A stretch of DNA of 38,240 nt from an uncultured Clostridia bacterium (GTDB taxonomy: Bacteria > Bacillota > Clostridia > TANB77 > CAG-508), in contig CANQYG010000002.1 in the NCBI GenBank assembly GCA_947628015.1, forward strand, positions 1 through 38,240, given 5' to 3'. How positions within the stretch are numbered: position 1 is the first letter of the stretch; each line of letters opens with the position of its first letter. The notes under the pieces were generated by a model. It did not search any database and was not told the DNA's origin. It saw only the letters and a program-made list of their open reading frames with translations. The translations under genes and the position numbers were made by a program. Below are positions 16,520-26,154 of the stretch, one piece after another.

Positions 16520-18643
16520 ATGGCAAACAAATTGATTATAGTTGAATCACCAGCTAAAGCAAATACAATTAAAAAATTTCTAGGTAGTGATGTAAAAGTA
16601 GTTGCATCTATGGGACATATTAGAGATTTGCCAAAATCTAAATTAGGTGTAGATATAGAGCATGACTTTGAGCCAGAATACATTAATATTAGAGGAAAAG
16701 CATCACTTATTAATTCATTAAAAAAAGATGCAAAGTCAGCAAAAAAAGTATATCTAGCAACCGACCCTGATCGTGAAGGAGAGGCAATTGCATATCATTT
16801 AGCTTATATTTTAGGAATTCCTTTAGATAGTATATGCAGAGTTACATTTAATGAAATAACAAAAGAAACTGTGCAAAAAAGTATAAAAGAACCTAGAAAA
16901 ATAGATATGAATTTAACTGATGCTCAACAGGCAAGAAGAGTATTAGATAGAATAGTTGGTTACCAAATAAGTCCAATTCTTTGGAAAAAAGTTAAAAGAG
17001 GTTTGTCAGCAGGTAGAGTACAATCTGTAGCAGTAAAATTAATAGTTGATAGAGAAGAAGAGATTGAGAAATTTATTCCAGAAGAATATTGGAATATTTA
17101 TGTAAAACTTATTAAAAATGATGAAAAATTTACTGCTAAGCTTTATGGAAAAGATGGAAAGAAAATAGAACTTCATAATGAAAAAGAAGTTAAAGAAATT
17201 TTATCAAAAATAGAAAATGGAAAATATATAGTAACAGATGTAAAAAAAGGAGAAAAGAAAAGAACTCCAGCACCACCATTTACAACAAGTACAATGCAAC
17301 AAGAGGCATCAAGAAAATTAGGGTTTGCTATTAGAAAAACAATGAATGTAGCACAAGGTCTTTATGAGGGAGTTTCTGTTCCAGAAAAAGGTACAGTAGG
17401 TTTAATTACTTATATGAGAACAGATTCTACAAGAATTTCAGAAGAGGCAAGACATTCAGCTAAAAAATATATTACATCAGAATATGGTGAAAAATACTAT
17501 GAAAATAGATATTATAAAACAAAAGCAGATGCACAAGATGCGCATGAAGGTATAAGACCAACTTATGTTGAACTTACACCAGATATGATAAAAGACAGTT
17601 TAACACCAGACCAATATAAATTATACAAGCTAATTTATAATAGATTTATTGCAAGTCAAATGTCTTCAGCTATATTTGATACAATTACAGCAAACATTGA
17701 TGTTAAAGATAAAGAAACATATAATTTTAGAGCATCAGGTCAAACTTTAAAATTCAAAGGATTTATGACATTATATGTAGAAGATAAAGATGAAAAAAGT
17801 GATGAAGATGATGAAAATAATATTCCAGAATTAGAAGTAGGTGAAACTGTAAAAAAGGAAAAGATAGAACCAAAACAAAGTTTTACAGAACCACCACCAA
17901 GATATACAGAGGCAAGTCTAGTTAAAACTTTAGAAGAAAAGGGAATAGGAAGACCTAGTACCTATGCTACAATTATATCAACAATAATAGATAGAAGATA
18001 TGTTGAAAAAGAGCAAAAACAATTAGTACCAACAGAACTTGGAAAAGTTGTTAATAATCTTTTAATATCTAGCTTTAAAGATATAATCAATGTAGAGTTT
18101 ACTGCTGAAATAGAAGATAGATTTGACAAAATTGCAGAAGGCGAAGAGGCGTGGAAAGATGTTATTAGAAAATTTTATGCACCTTTTAAAGTAGAACTTG
18201 AAAAGGCTAATGAAGAACTAGAGCATGTAAAAATAGAAGATGAAGTTTCAAATGTGAAATGTGAAAAATGTGGAAGAATGATGGTTATAAAATATGGAAA
18301 GTACGGAAAATTCTTAGCATGCCCAGGATATCCAGAATGTAAAAACATAAAATCTTATGCAGAAAAAATTGATGTAGCATGTCCAGTATGTGGTGGAGAT
18401 GTTTTTGTTAGAAAAACAAAAAGAGGAAAAGCTTATTATATTTGTTCAAATAATAATAAAGATAATCCAAACCCATGTAACTTTATTTCTTGGAATAAAC
18501 CGAAAGAAGGAGAAAAATGGACTCCAGAGTTAGAAGAAACAAAAAGCAAAACTAGAAAAAAAACAAAAACGAGTACAAAAACAAAAAGCGCAAAGAAATC
18601 TAAAAGTAAAACAGGCTCAAAATCTAAAACAAGTAAAAAATAG
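16520..18643 (+). CDS. topA: DNA topoisomerase I
   Basis: Toprim start MANKLIIVESPAKA at ATG 16520 (the ORF track begins 12 codons earlier). It has C-terminal Cys4 zinc ribbons and a Lys-rich tail. Confidence 0.93.
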   Translation: MANKLIIVESPAKANTIKKFLGSDVKVVASMGHIRDLPKSKLGVDIEHDFEPEYINIRGKASLINSLKKDAKSAKKVYLATDPDREGEAIAYHLAYILGIPLDSICRVTFNEITKETVQKSIKEPRKIDMNLTDAQQARRVLDRIVGYQISPILWKKVKRGLSAGRVQSVAVKLIVDREEEIEKFIPEEYWNIYVKLIKNDEKFTAKLYGKDGKKIELHNEKEVKEILSKIENGKYIVTDVKKGEKKRTPAPPFTTSTMQQEASRKLGFAIRKTMNVAQGLYEGVSVPEKGTVGLITYMRTDSTRISEEARHSAKKYITSEYGEKYYENRYYKTKADAQDAHEGIRPTYVELTPDMIKDSLTPDQYKLYKLIYNRFIASQMSSAIFDTITANIDVKDKETYNFRASGQTLKFKGFMTLYVEDKDEKSDEDDENNIPELEVGETVKKEKIEPKQSFTEPPPRYTEASLVKTLEEKGIGRPSTYATIISTIIDRRYVEKEQKQLVPTELGKVVNNLLISSFKDIINVEFTAEIEDRFDKIAEGEEAWKDVIRKFYAPFKVELEKANEELEHVKIEDEVSNVKCEKCGRMMVIKYGKYGKFLACPGYPECKNIKSYAEKIDVACPVCGGDVFVRKTKRGKAYYICSNNNKDNPNPCNFISWNKPKEGEKWTPELEETKSKTRKKTKTSTKTKSAKKSKSKTGSKSKTSKK

Positions 18644-18709
18644 CAAAAAGATAAAAACATGATAATAATTTACGTTTCTACAAATTATAAAGAAAGGAAA
18701 AATTTTATT

Positions 18710-19450
18710 ATGGTAAAAAGTGAAAAAGGTTCAGTTACATTAATAGTTTTAGCAACTATATTATTTATTCTTGCAGTTTTAGCAGTAAATTTAATATATG
18801 TATCATCAAAAAGAAAATCACAAATACAAGAAACAATGATATTACAAAATGTATATGATACTGGAATGGAAGAAACTTATAATGAACAAGTTGCGAAAAT
18901 AAACGCTGCAACACAAATATTCACATATACAGGAGAAGTTCAAACATATACAGTTACTAAATCTGGAACATATATTCTAGAAGTTTATGGTGCAGAAGGT
19001 GGAAGTGCATCTTTAGAAAAACAATCTGGAGAAAATGAAACATCTGCTGGTGATAAAGGAGAATATACAAAAGGAACAATTGAGCTAGAAAAAGGACAAA
19101 CTCTTTATGTGTATATAGGAAAACAAGGTGAAGATGCAACAGGAGAAGAAAAAATATTAAATAATGAAGAAAATGTTACTGAAAATAATTCTACAGTGAG
19201 TGCAGATGGTGGAAAAGCAACATACATTACTACTAAGGAAGGAGAATTATCTTCGCAATCAAATTCGGAAAATGACATTTTAGTAATTGCTAAAGGTGGT
19301 AATGGCGGACATTGTGGAGAAGGTTCAACAGTAGAAACAGGAGAAGGAACTGGAATAACAAGTAATGCAGAAAACGTTACGACAAAAACAAGTGATAGAG
19401 ATGGAAATGGATATGCAAAAATTTCACTATCTAAAGAAATAGATGAATAA
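18710..19450 (+). CDS. Glycine-rich-domain protein with pilin/TadE-like N-terminal hydrophobic anchor
   Basis: Likely start is ATG 18710 (MVKSEKGSVTLIVLATILFILAVLAV) with SD AAAGGAAAA. It carries the FTYTGEVQTYTVTKSGTYILEVYGAEGG ... LYVYIGKQG pattern of bacterial glycine-rich domains. Confidence 0.6.
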   Translation: MVKSEKGSVTLIVLATILFILAVLAVNLIYVSSKRKSQIQETMILQNVYDTGMEETYNEQVAKINAATQIFTYTGEVQTYTVTKSGTYILEVYGAEGGSASLEKQSGENETSAGDKGEYTKGTIELEKGQTLYVYIGKQGEDATGEEKILNNEENVTENNSTVSADGGKATYITTKEGELSSQSNSENDILVIAKGGNGGHCGEGSTVETGEGTGITSNAENVTTKTSDRDGNGYAKISLSKEIDE

Positions 19451-19469
19451 AGTAAGAAGAGTGAATAAA

Positions 19470-20072
19470 ATGAATATATTATTGCATTGTGCTATGGAAA
19501 AAGAAGGAAAGCAAATAGCAGATAAATTAGGATTAAAAAGTATAGAAAAAAATATATATAGGCTTGAAAAAAAAACATTAATAATAACAGGAATAGGAAA
19601 ACAAAAAACAGCAATAGAAATAACAAAATATTTAGAAAATAACCAAAAGCCAGACATAATAATTAATATAGGCTATGCAGGTTCAACAAATCAGAAAATA
19701 GGTTCTTGGGTGAGTATATCTAAAGTGTATAATTTAGAATGGAATATTCCAGATGAAGAAAAATATAGTATGGATGTTGGAAATCAAGAACTTATTACAG
19801 TAAAAAATATTAAAAATTTGCCTTGCTACTCAGCAGAAAGTTTTGTAACAAGTACCGATATAAAAGAAGATGTTATTTTTGATATGGAATTACATTCACT
19901 TGCAATAATTTGCGACATATATAATATAAAATTAGCATCATTAAAGAAAATAAGTGATAATTTAAGTATAAAAAATTATTATGAAAATTTAGAACTTGAA
20001 AATGTTTTTGAGTTAGAAAGTTGTACAGATTTAATAGAAGATATAGCAAATAAGATAATATCTAATAAGTAA
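19470..20072 (+). CDS. Nucleoside phosphorylase-family protein (MTA/SAH nucleosidase-like, divergent)
   Basis: CAMEKE, ITGIGKQKTA, INIGYAGS and DMELHSLA blocks parallel MTAN motifs. The start is taken at MNILLH (19470). Confidence 0.6.
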   Translation: MNILLHCAMEKEGKQIADKLGLKSIEKNIYRLEKKTLIITGIGKQKTAIEITKYLENNQKPDIIINIGYAGSTNQKIGSWVSISKVYNLEWNIPDEEKYSMDVGNQELITVKNIKNLPCYSAESFVTSTDIKEDVIFDMELHSLAIICDIYNIKLASLKKISDNLSIKNYYENLELENVFELESCTDLIEDIANKIISNK

Positions 20073-20099
20073 AATGAGTATTTAAAAGGAAAAGACAAA

Positions 20100-23000
20100 A
20101 TGCATTTAAAACAATTAGAATTGCAAGGGTTCAAATCATTTGCTGATAAAACCATTTTAGAGTTTAGACCGGGAATAACAACAGTAATTGGCCCAAATGG
20201 ATCAGGAAAAAGTAATATCTCAGATAGTATCAGATGGGTACTAGGTGAGCAAAGTATGAAGTCTTTAAGAGGAGCAAAATCTGAAGACGTTATTTTTGCT
20301 GGAACGCAAAATAGAAAACCAGTAGGATTTGCAGAAGTATCAATTGTAATAGATAATAGCGATTCTACTTTACCAATTGAATATGCAGAAGTAACAGTAA
20401 CAAGAAGACTTTATAGAACAGGAGAGTCAGGATATTTTATAAATAAGGTGCCTTGCAGATTAAAAGATGTATTAGAACTATTTATGGATACAGGTATTGG
20501 AAAAGATGGATATTCTATAATAGGCCAAGGTAAAATAGATGAAATATTAAGCAATAAATCAGAGGATAGAAGACATATTTTTGAAGAGGCAGCAGGAATT
20601 GTAAAATATAGAACTAGAAGAGAAGAATCAGAAAAGAAATTAGAGCAAACAAAAATAAATTTAATTAGAATCAATGATATTTTGTCAGAAATAGAGGCTA
20701 ATCTAGAGCCATTAAGACTTCAATCTGAAAAAGCAAAACATTTTTTAGATTTAAGAGAAGAATTAAAAAATATAGAAATAGGATTATTTTTATACAAAAT
20801 AGATACATATAAAGAAAAGCTAGAAAGTTTAAAAAATGATAAAGATATTTTTGAAAATCAACAAAATGAAGAAAATAACAAACTTTTTGATATGCAAGAG
20901 CTAAAAGAAAAATTAAAACAAGAAATAGACAATTTAACTGAAGAAATTGAAAGAATGCAAAATATTGGATTTGAAAGTAAAACTAAAATAGAGCAAATAA
21001 CTTCAAATATAAATATTAGCAAAGAAAGAATATCAAATAATCTTCAAAACAAAGAAAGATTAGAAGGAGAAATAACATCAGCTAAGCAAGATATACTAAA
21101 CTTAGAAGAAGAGAAAAAATCAAAAGAAAGTAAGAAAGAAAGTTTAGCTCAAAATAAAGAAAAATTTGAAAAAGAATTAGAAGAAAAAAGTAAAGAGCTA
21201 GAAAATCTTAATAATAAATTAACGGCAAAGGAAATTGAGATTGAAAATAAAAAGAAAACAGTAGAAAACTTAACAGAGCAAAAATATGAAAATCAAAATC
21301 AAATAGCTGTAATAGATACAAACTATGAAAACTATCAAACTAGAAAGAAACAAGAAGAAAAAGAAAAGTCACAAATTATTTCAAATTTAGATAGTAAACG
21401 TGAACAAAAAAATGAAATTTTAAAATATTTTAATGAGGCTGAAAAGAGTAAAAAAGAAAAACAAAGTAAATTAGAAGAAATAAGAAAAAAGCAAGAAACA
21501 TTAGAAAATAAAACAAAAGAATATGAAAAATTAATAGCAAATCTTACAGATGAAAGAAGAATGAAACAAACAAGGCTAAGCTTTTTAATAGAAACAGAAA
21601 GAGAAAAAGAAGGATATAACAAAAGTGTAAAAGATTTGCTTATTGCTTGCGAATCAAACCCATCATTAAAAAGAGGAATTGAAGGTGTTTTAGCAAATAT
21701 TATATCAACAGATTCAAAATATGAACTTGCAATAGAGATGGCTCTAGGAGCAAGCCTTCAAAATATAGTAACAGAAACAGAACAAGATGCTAAAAAGATG
21801 ATAGAATATTTAAGAAAAAATAATTTGGGTAGAGCAACATTTTTACCAATTTCATCTGTTAAGGGAAAAAGATTAGAAAAAATATTAAGCAAGAATGAAG
21901 GCACAATTGGAATTGCATCTGAATTAGTAAAGGCTAATAAAAAATATGAAGGTATTATAGAAAATTTACTAGGAAGAACAGTAATAACAGAAAATATGGA
22001 ATGTGCGATAAAGCTTGCAAAAGACAATAAATATTCATTCAAAATAGTTACATTAGATGGAGATGTAATTAATCCATCAGGCTCAATGAGTGGAGGTTCA
22101 AATAACAAAAAAACTGTAAACATTTTAGGAAGAAGTGCAGAAATAAAAAGGCTTGAAAAAAATATAAAAGAAATTGATGAAAAAATTTCTAGCAAAGTAG
22201 AAGAAAAAGATGCTTTCTTAAAAGAAAATGAAGAAATAATAAATGAAATTAATAAAGCAGTAGAAAGTATGCAACAGGCAGAAATTACTTATGCACAAGA
22301 AAACGAGAAATTAAATGCAGTAAATACAGAAATTGAAAGATTAGAACAAAGCAAAAATAAAAATGAAGAAAATTTAAAAAATATAGAAAAAGAAATAGAG
22401 CAAAATATTCAAAATAAAAAAGAATTAGAAGATGCAATTGCAGATATAACGAAAAAAATTGAAGACTTATCTGTAGAAATACAAGAGTTTTCAGAGTTAA
22501 ACAAAGACGAGCAAAAGTATATAGATAACTTGAATTTAGATATTACTAACTTAAAAATATCAGTATCTTCATTTAATGAAAGCAGTATGTCTATTGAAGA
22601 AATGGTAAGTAGAATAGATACAGACATACAAAATGCAAGAAATGGTATTGAAAATAAGAAAATACAAATAGAAGACGCAATCAAGCAAAATGAAGAACTA
22701 AGTCAAACTATTGAAAATTTAGAACAATCAATTATTACAATAAAACAAGAAGTAGAGGATAGCTCTACTAAATCAGATTCACTAAAACAAACAAGACAAG
22801 AAAAGAATAATACTCTAGAAATAAAAGAAAAAGAAATATCATCTCAGTTTGAAGTAATACAAAAAATAAAAGAACAATTAGTAAAAGTAGATATAAAAAT
22901 AACATCAGCAGAGCAAGACATTACTGATACAATAAATGAATTATGGAACGAATATGAAGTTACGCCAAACAATGTAAAAGATTATAATAAGCCTGAAAAT

Positions 23001-23654
23001 GTTCAAGCTACACAAAAAAGAGTAAACGATTTACATAAACAAATAAAAGACTTAGGAGATGTAAATGTATCTTCTATTGAAGAATATAAAAAGACAAAAG
23101 AAAGATATGAAACAATGGGAGAGCAGAGGCTAGATTTAGAAAATACTATGGCAAAACTTAGAGACATAATTCAAGATATGACAAATACAATGAAAAAGCA
23201 ATTCAAAGAAAAATTTGCATTAATAAATAAAAACTTTAATGAAATATTTACAGAATTATTTGGTGGTGGTAGAGCAGAGCTTGTGCTAGAAGATGAAGAA
23301 AATATATTAGAATGTGGAATAGATATAAAAGCTCAACCAACAGGAAAGAAACTTCAAAATATGATGCTTTTATCAGGTGGAGAAAAGGCACTAACAGCAA
23401 TAGCAATATTATTTGCAATATTAAAAATAAATCCAGCTCCATTCTGTATATTAGATGAAATTGAAGCGGCTCTAGATGATGTAAATGTATATAGATTTGC
23501 AGAATTTTTAAAGAAATTTAGTAATAAAACTCAATTTTTAGTTATAACACACAGAAAAGGAACTATGGAAGCGGCAAATACTGTATATGGAATAACAATG
23601 GAGGAAAATGGTATAAGTAAACTATTATCAATAGATTTAAAAGGAAAAAAATAA
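20100..23654 (+). CDS. smc: Chromosome segregation protein SMC
   Basis: 1184 aa. Walker A GPNGSGKSN, long coiled coils, a hinge, signature LSGGEK and Walker B ILDEIEAALD. Confidence 0.97.
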   Translation: MHLKQLELQGFKSFADKTILEFRPGITTVIGPNGSGKSNISDSIRWVLGEQSMKSLRGAKSEDVIFAGTQNRKPVGFAEVSIVIDNSDSTLPIEYAEVTVTRRLYRTGESGYFINKVPCRLKDVLELFMDTGIGKDGYSIIGQGKIDEILSNKSEDRRHIFEEAAGIVKYRTRREESEKKLEQTKINLIRINDILSEIEANLEPLRLQSEKAKHFLDLREELKNIEIGLFLYKIDTYKEKLESLKNDKDIFENQQNEENNKLFDMQELKEKLKQEIDNLTEEIERMQNIGFESKTKIEQITSNINISKERISNNLQNKERLEGEITSAKQDILNLEEEKKSKESKKESLAQNKEKFEKELEEKSKELENLNNKLTAKEIEIENKKKTVENLTEQKYENQNQIAVIDTNYENYQTRKKQEEKEKSQIISNLDSKREQKNEILKYFNEAEKSKKEKQSKLEEIRKKQETLENKTKEYEKLIANLTDERRMKQTRLSFLIETEREKEGYNKSVKDLLIACESNPSLKRGIEGVLANIISTDSKYELAIEMALGASLQNIVTETEQDAKKMIEYLRKNNLGRATFLPISSVKGKRLEKILSKNEGTIGIASELVKANKKYEGIIENLLGRTVITENMECAIKLAKDNKYSFKIVTLDGDVINPSGSMSGGSNNKKTVNILGRSAEIKRLEKNIKEIDEKISSKVEEKDAFLKENEEIINEINKAVESMQQAEITYAQENEKLNAVNTEIERLEQSKNKNEENLKNIEKEIEQNIQNKKELEDAIADITKKIEDLSVEIQEFSELNKDEQKYIDNLNLDITNLKISVSSFNESSMSIEEMVSRIDTDIQNARNGIENKKIQIEDAIKQNEELSQTIENLEQSIITIKQEVEDSSTKSDSLKQTRQEKNNTLEIKEKEISSQFEVIQKIKEQLVKVDIKITSAEQDITDTINELWNEYEVTPNNVKDYNKPENVQATQKRVNDLHKQIKDLGDVNVSSIEEYKKTKERYETMGEQRLDLENTMAKLRDIIQDMTNTMKKQFKEKFALINKNFNEIFTELFGGGRAELVLEDEENILECGIDIKAQPTGKKLQNMMLLSGGEKALTAIAILFAILKINPAPFCILDEIEAALDDVNVYRFAEFLKKFSNKTQFLVITHRKGTMEAANTVYGITMEENGISKLLSIDLKGKK

Positions 23655-23704
23655 AGTAACATCAAATAAAAACTTAACATACTATATATCAGTTAGCATC
23701 AGTC

Positions 23705-23755
23705 CTCAGCATCGTAGTTTCAAGATTTTAATAATCTTGAAATACGAATTCTGAG
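23705..23755 (+). other. Relatively GC-rich imperfect 51-nt hairpin between smc and murA
   Basis: Nested stems: ctcag / ctgag, tcgta / tacga, and tttcaagatt / aatcttgaaa. No T-tract follows. A GCGAAAGC mini-hairpin lies downstream. Confidence 0.4.
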
Positions 23756-23779
23756 CGAAAGCGAAGAAAGGAGATAAGT

Positions 23780-25045
23780 ATGCTAAGTTATGTAATAGAA
23801 GGAAACAACAAAATAGAAGGAGAAGTCAAAGCATCAGGCTCTAAAAATGCAGCACTTCCAATAATAGCTACTGCAATACTAAATCCAGAACCAGTCACTT
23901 TTTACAATATACCTGATATAGAGGATACTAGAATAACTCTAAAGATTTTAAAACTGCTAGGTTGCAAAATATTAATAGATAGTGGTAAAATTACAATATC
24001 AAGTAAAGAAATGACTGGAAAAACAATTCCTAAAGAGTTAATGCATAAATTACGTTCAACAGTAGTTTTAGCAGGAGCGATACTTGGAAGATTTAAAGAA
24101 GCAACTTTTTCATATCCAGGAGGATGTAATATTGGTAAAAGACCAATAGATTTACACTTAAAGGCCTTTAAAGATTTAGGAGTTGATATAGAAGAAAAAG
24201 AAGACTACATACATTGCAGAGCAAAAAAAGAACTAATGGGAGCCAAAATAAAACTTGATTTTCCAAGTGTTGGAGCAACAGAAAATATAATTTTAGCATC
24301 AATTTATTGTAAAGGTGTAACACATATAATAAATGCAGCTAAAGAGCCAGAAATACAAGATTTAGCAAAATGTCTAAATAAAATGGGAGCAAAAGTATAT
24401 GGCGCTGGAACGAGTCGAATTACAATATGTGGTGTAAAAAAACTGCATAAAGTAGATTATAAAATAATGACAGATAGAATAGAAACAGGAACTTTTTTAT
24501 GTGCAGCAGCAATTACAAATGGCAAAATAAAAATAGAAAACACAAATCCAGAGCACTTATTAAATGTGTTATATAAACTTAAAGAAATGGGATGTGAAAT
24601 TGTAATATCTAATGACTCTATAACTTTAAAAGCACCGAAAGTTCTAAAAGCTGTTAATATAGAAACAACTCCTTATCCAGGATTTCCAACAGACCTCCAA
24701 CCAATAATTAGTGCTGTTTTAACTAAAGCAAAGGGTAAATCAATAATAAAAGAAAATATATTTGAAAATAGATTTAAGTATGCTCTAGATTTAAAAAAGA
24801 TGGGTGCAGATATAAAATTAATTGATGAAGAAAATGTCATAGAAATTACAGGAGAAAATGCTTTAAGTGGGAAAGTTGTTAGTAGTGCAGATTTAAGAGG
24901 AGGAGCAGCTTTAGTATTAGCAGGTTTGTATGCAAAAGGAACAACTATAGTAGAAAATGCAGAATATATATTAAGAGGATATGAAAACTTCGAAGAAAAA
25001 CTAAAGAAATTAGGAGCGAAAATAAAAATAGAAAAGGTGGTATAA
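23780..25045 (+). CDS. murA: UDP-N-acetylglucosamine 1-carboxyvinyltransferase
   Basis: EPSP-synthase-fold protein starting ...GEVKASGSKNAALPIIA. 421 aa. Confidence 0.93.
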   Translation: MLSYVIEGNNKIEGEVKASGSKNAALPIIATAILNPEPVTFYNIPDIEDTRITLKILKLLGCKILIDSGKITISSKEMTGKTIPKELMHKLRSTVVLAGAILGRFKEATFSYPGGCNIGKRPIDLHLKAFKDLGVDIEEKEDYIHCRAKKELMGAKIKLDFPSVGATENIILASIYCKGVTHIINAAKEPEIQDLAKCLNKMGAKVYGAGTSRITICGVKKLHKVDYKIMTDRIETGTFLCAAAITNGKIKIENTNPEHLLNVLYKLKEMGCEIVISNDSITLKAPKVLKAVNIETTPYPGFPTDLQPIISAVLTKAKGKSIIKENIFENRFKYALDLKKMGADIKLIDEENVIEITGENALSGKVVSSADLRGGAALVLAGLYAKGTTIVENAEYILRGYENFEEKLKKLGAKIKIEKVV

Positions 25046-26122
25046 ATGCAAAAGAAAGTTACAGATGCTAAAAATAAAAAGGCACCTAATAAAGGTGCCT
25101 CAAATGTAGTAAAAAAAGAAAGCATATTTAACTATGATGTAGAAGTACCGAGCAAAAATAATAATAAAAAATTAAAAAAGAAAGTTCAAAAAAATAAGAA
25201 AAGAAATGATGAAAAGTATATAGATACTAAAGAAGTTCCTAAAATAAGCAAAAAAGAATTAGAAAAAATTAAAAAGAAAAAAAGAAAAGAAAAATTAAAA
25301 AAAGAAAAAGAAATAAGAAAACAAGAGATTAAAGAAGAAAAAGAAAGAATAAAAAATAGAAAGAAACGAAATCCCAAGGTAATTGCAAGAAGGAAAAAAT
25401 CATTAAAAATAATAGAAATTTTATTTTTAATCGTTATTATAATTTCAGCTATTCTATTATTTTTATTATCACCAATATTTAAAATAAAGAATATAGAAGT
25501 AAAAGGAAATGAATATATATCAACCAATGAAATAATTAGTTTATCTATGATAGAAAAAGGGACAAACCTATTTAAGGTAAGAAAAAGAGAAGTTATAGAC
25601 AATATTAAGCAAAATGCGTATATTGAAAATGTAACAATTAATAGAAAAATTTTAGATACCATACAGATAAATGTAAAAGAAAGAAAAGTAGCTTTTATGC
25701 TTGAATATAAAGGCTCGTATGCATATATAGATAATAATGGATATATATTGGAAATAAACTCAAATGACTTACAAGGAGTTTGCAAATTAAAAGGATATAA
25801 AACAACAGAAGAAAATATAATAGTAGGAGAAAAACTAGTAGAAGAAGACATAAAAAATATAAAAGTAATTTTAAAAATATTAGATGTTGCAGAAAACTAT
25901 GAAATTAAGCAATATATAAGCAGTATAGATATAGAAGATAGTTCAAATTATGTTTTGTATTTAAAAAGTGAAAATAAAACTGTATATTTAGGAGATATGT
26001 CAAACTTAGATATAAAAATGCTTTATTTACAGTCAATTATAGAAAAAGAAAAAGATGAATCAGGAACATTACACTTAAATGTTGATTATAAAAATAAATA
26101 TCCATATGCAAGTTGGATGTAA
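25046..26122 (+). CDS. ftsQ: Cell division protein FtsQ/DivIB with Lys-rich N-terminal extension
   Basis: Its ATG directly abuts the murA stop. Single TM then a POTRA-like region (IKNIEVKGNEYISTNEIISL). Confidence 0.8.
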   Translation: MQKKVTDAKNKKAPNKGASNVVKKESIFNYDVEVPSKNNNKKLKKKVQKNKKRNDEKYIDTKEVPKISKKELEKIKKKKRKEKLKKEKEIRKQEIKEEKERIKNRKKRNPKVIARRKKSLKIIEILFLIVIIISAILLFLLSPIFKIKNIEVKGNEYISTNEIISLSMIEKGTNLFKVRKREVIDNIKQNAYIENVTINRKILDTIQINVKERKVAFMLEYKGSYAYIDNNGYILEINSNDLQGVCKLKGYKTTEENIIVGEKLVEEDIKNIKVILKILDVAENYEIKQYISSIDIEDSSNYVLYLKSENKTVYLGDMSNLDIKMLYLQSIIEKEKDESGTLHLNVDYKNKYPYASWM

Positions 26123-26154
26123 TGAAAATTTACATTATATTAAGGAGGATTACA

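Noticed and set aside
25046-25420. Lys-rich low-complexity regions (FtsQ N-terminus, TopA C-terminal tail 18540-18643, FtsW N-terminus) as possible separate elements
   Set aside because: They are continuous, in frame, with recognisable proteins. Basic tails of this kind are common in AT-rich Firmicutes, and nothing suggests an independent function.
25186-25851. Long minus-strand ORFs antisense to ftsQ (25186-25851), murA (24673-25125), ftsZ (29966-30430), smc (21758-22195 and others), and the many 60-150-aa Leu/Phe/Ile-rich ORFs opposite other genes
   Set aside because: They lie antisense to strongly supported genes and have low-complexity composition typical of the reverse frames of AT-rich, Lys/Glu-rich coding sequence. 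They lack SD sequences.
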